Source: Halalkalibacterium halodurans
GTDB lineage: Bacteria; Bacillota; Bacilli; Bacillales; Bacillaceae_D
Assembly (NCBI RefSeq): GCF_004376175.1
Contig: NZ_SNUY01000064.1
Location: 1 to 24,524 of the forward strand
Reading direction: 5' to 3'
DNA: 24,524 nucleotides
Positions 24,412 through 24,524 of the stretch are shown here, piece after piece (the first letter of the stretch is position 1; the number at the start of each line of letters is the position of its first letter). The translations under genes were made by a program, and so were the position numbers. A model generated the notes under the pieces. The model saw only the letters and a program-made list of their open reading frames with translations. It was not told where the DNA came from and searched no databases.

Positions 24412-24524
24412 AAAACTAGCACGGTTCATACTACCTACCATTTATTAGGTGGAAATGCCACGCTATCGCTCTTGACAAACACACCAATGGTTTATTCAGA
24501 GGTCAATCAAGGGCGAAGGGAACA

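Noticed and set aside
1-24524. Looked for CRISPR arrays, tRNA/rRNA genes, long tandem repeats, and integrase or att-type phage boundaries
   Set aside because: I saw no regularly spaced direct repeats, no cloverleaf-like or rRNA-like conserved segments, and no integrase or recombinase ORF. The only mobile DNA evident is the two IS elements.

Overview
The window looks like a chromosomal segment from a spore-forming Bacillaceae, because it carries kapB, an alpha/beta-type SASP, a Spo0E-family phosphatase and a YhcN/YlaJ-type spore lipoprotein. That taxonomic call is inference. Contents, left to right:

- **1-700:** kapB, preceded by a possible small membrane peptide.
- **829-7688:** a divergently transcribed PucR-family regulator and a four-gene catabolic-looking operon. 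The operon encodes a Cys/Met-family PLP enzyme, a homoserine dehydrogenase homologue, an aldehyde dehydrogenase and an M24 creatinase/ectoine-hydrolase-like hydrolase.
- **7834-10155:** two membrane transporter-like genes.
- **10203-11447:** a monocistronic dapA behind a clear lysine (L-box) riboswitch with its own terminator.
- **11630-14363:** a 44-aa Spo0E-like gene missing from the ORF track, two lipoproteins and a Cof-type HAD phosphatase.
- **14470-15875:** a small self-contained transcription unit, then a lone bioB with a BirA-operator-like inverted repeat.
- **16048-18294:** an AlkA-like HhH-GPD DNA glycosylase gene split by a complete IS4-family element with 13-bp terminal inverted repeats and a 9-bp target duplication.
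- **18363-20500:** a SASP gene, then a second, unrelated DDE transposase (IS1182-like) whose element ends I could not define.
- **20639-22378:** a 49-aa ORF and an AbgT-family transporter.
- **22500-24524:** a visibly AT-rich stretch encoding a Sec-secreted, Trp/Tyr-rich, Cys-free basic protein that resembles lactococcin 972, followed by an FtsX/DUF1430-like 4-TM membrane protein.

The best candidates for something new are the putative bacteriocin/immunity module and the PucR-controlled operon, which I predict funnels a substrate through homoserine to aspartate. I found no rRNA, tRNA or CRISPR array. All family assignments come from motif recognition by eye, not from searches.
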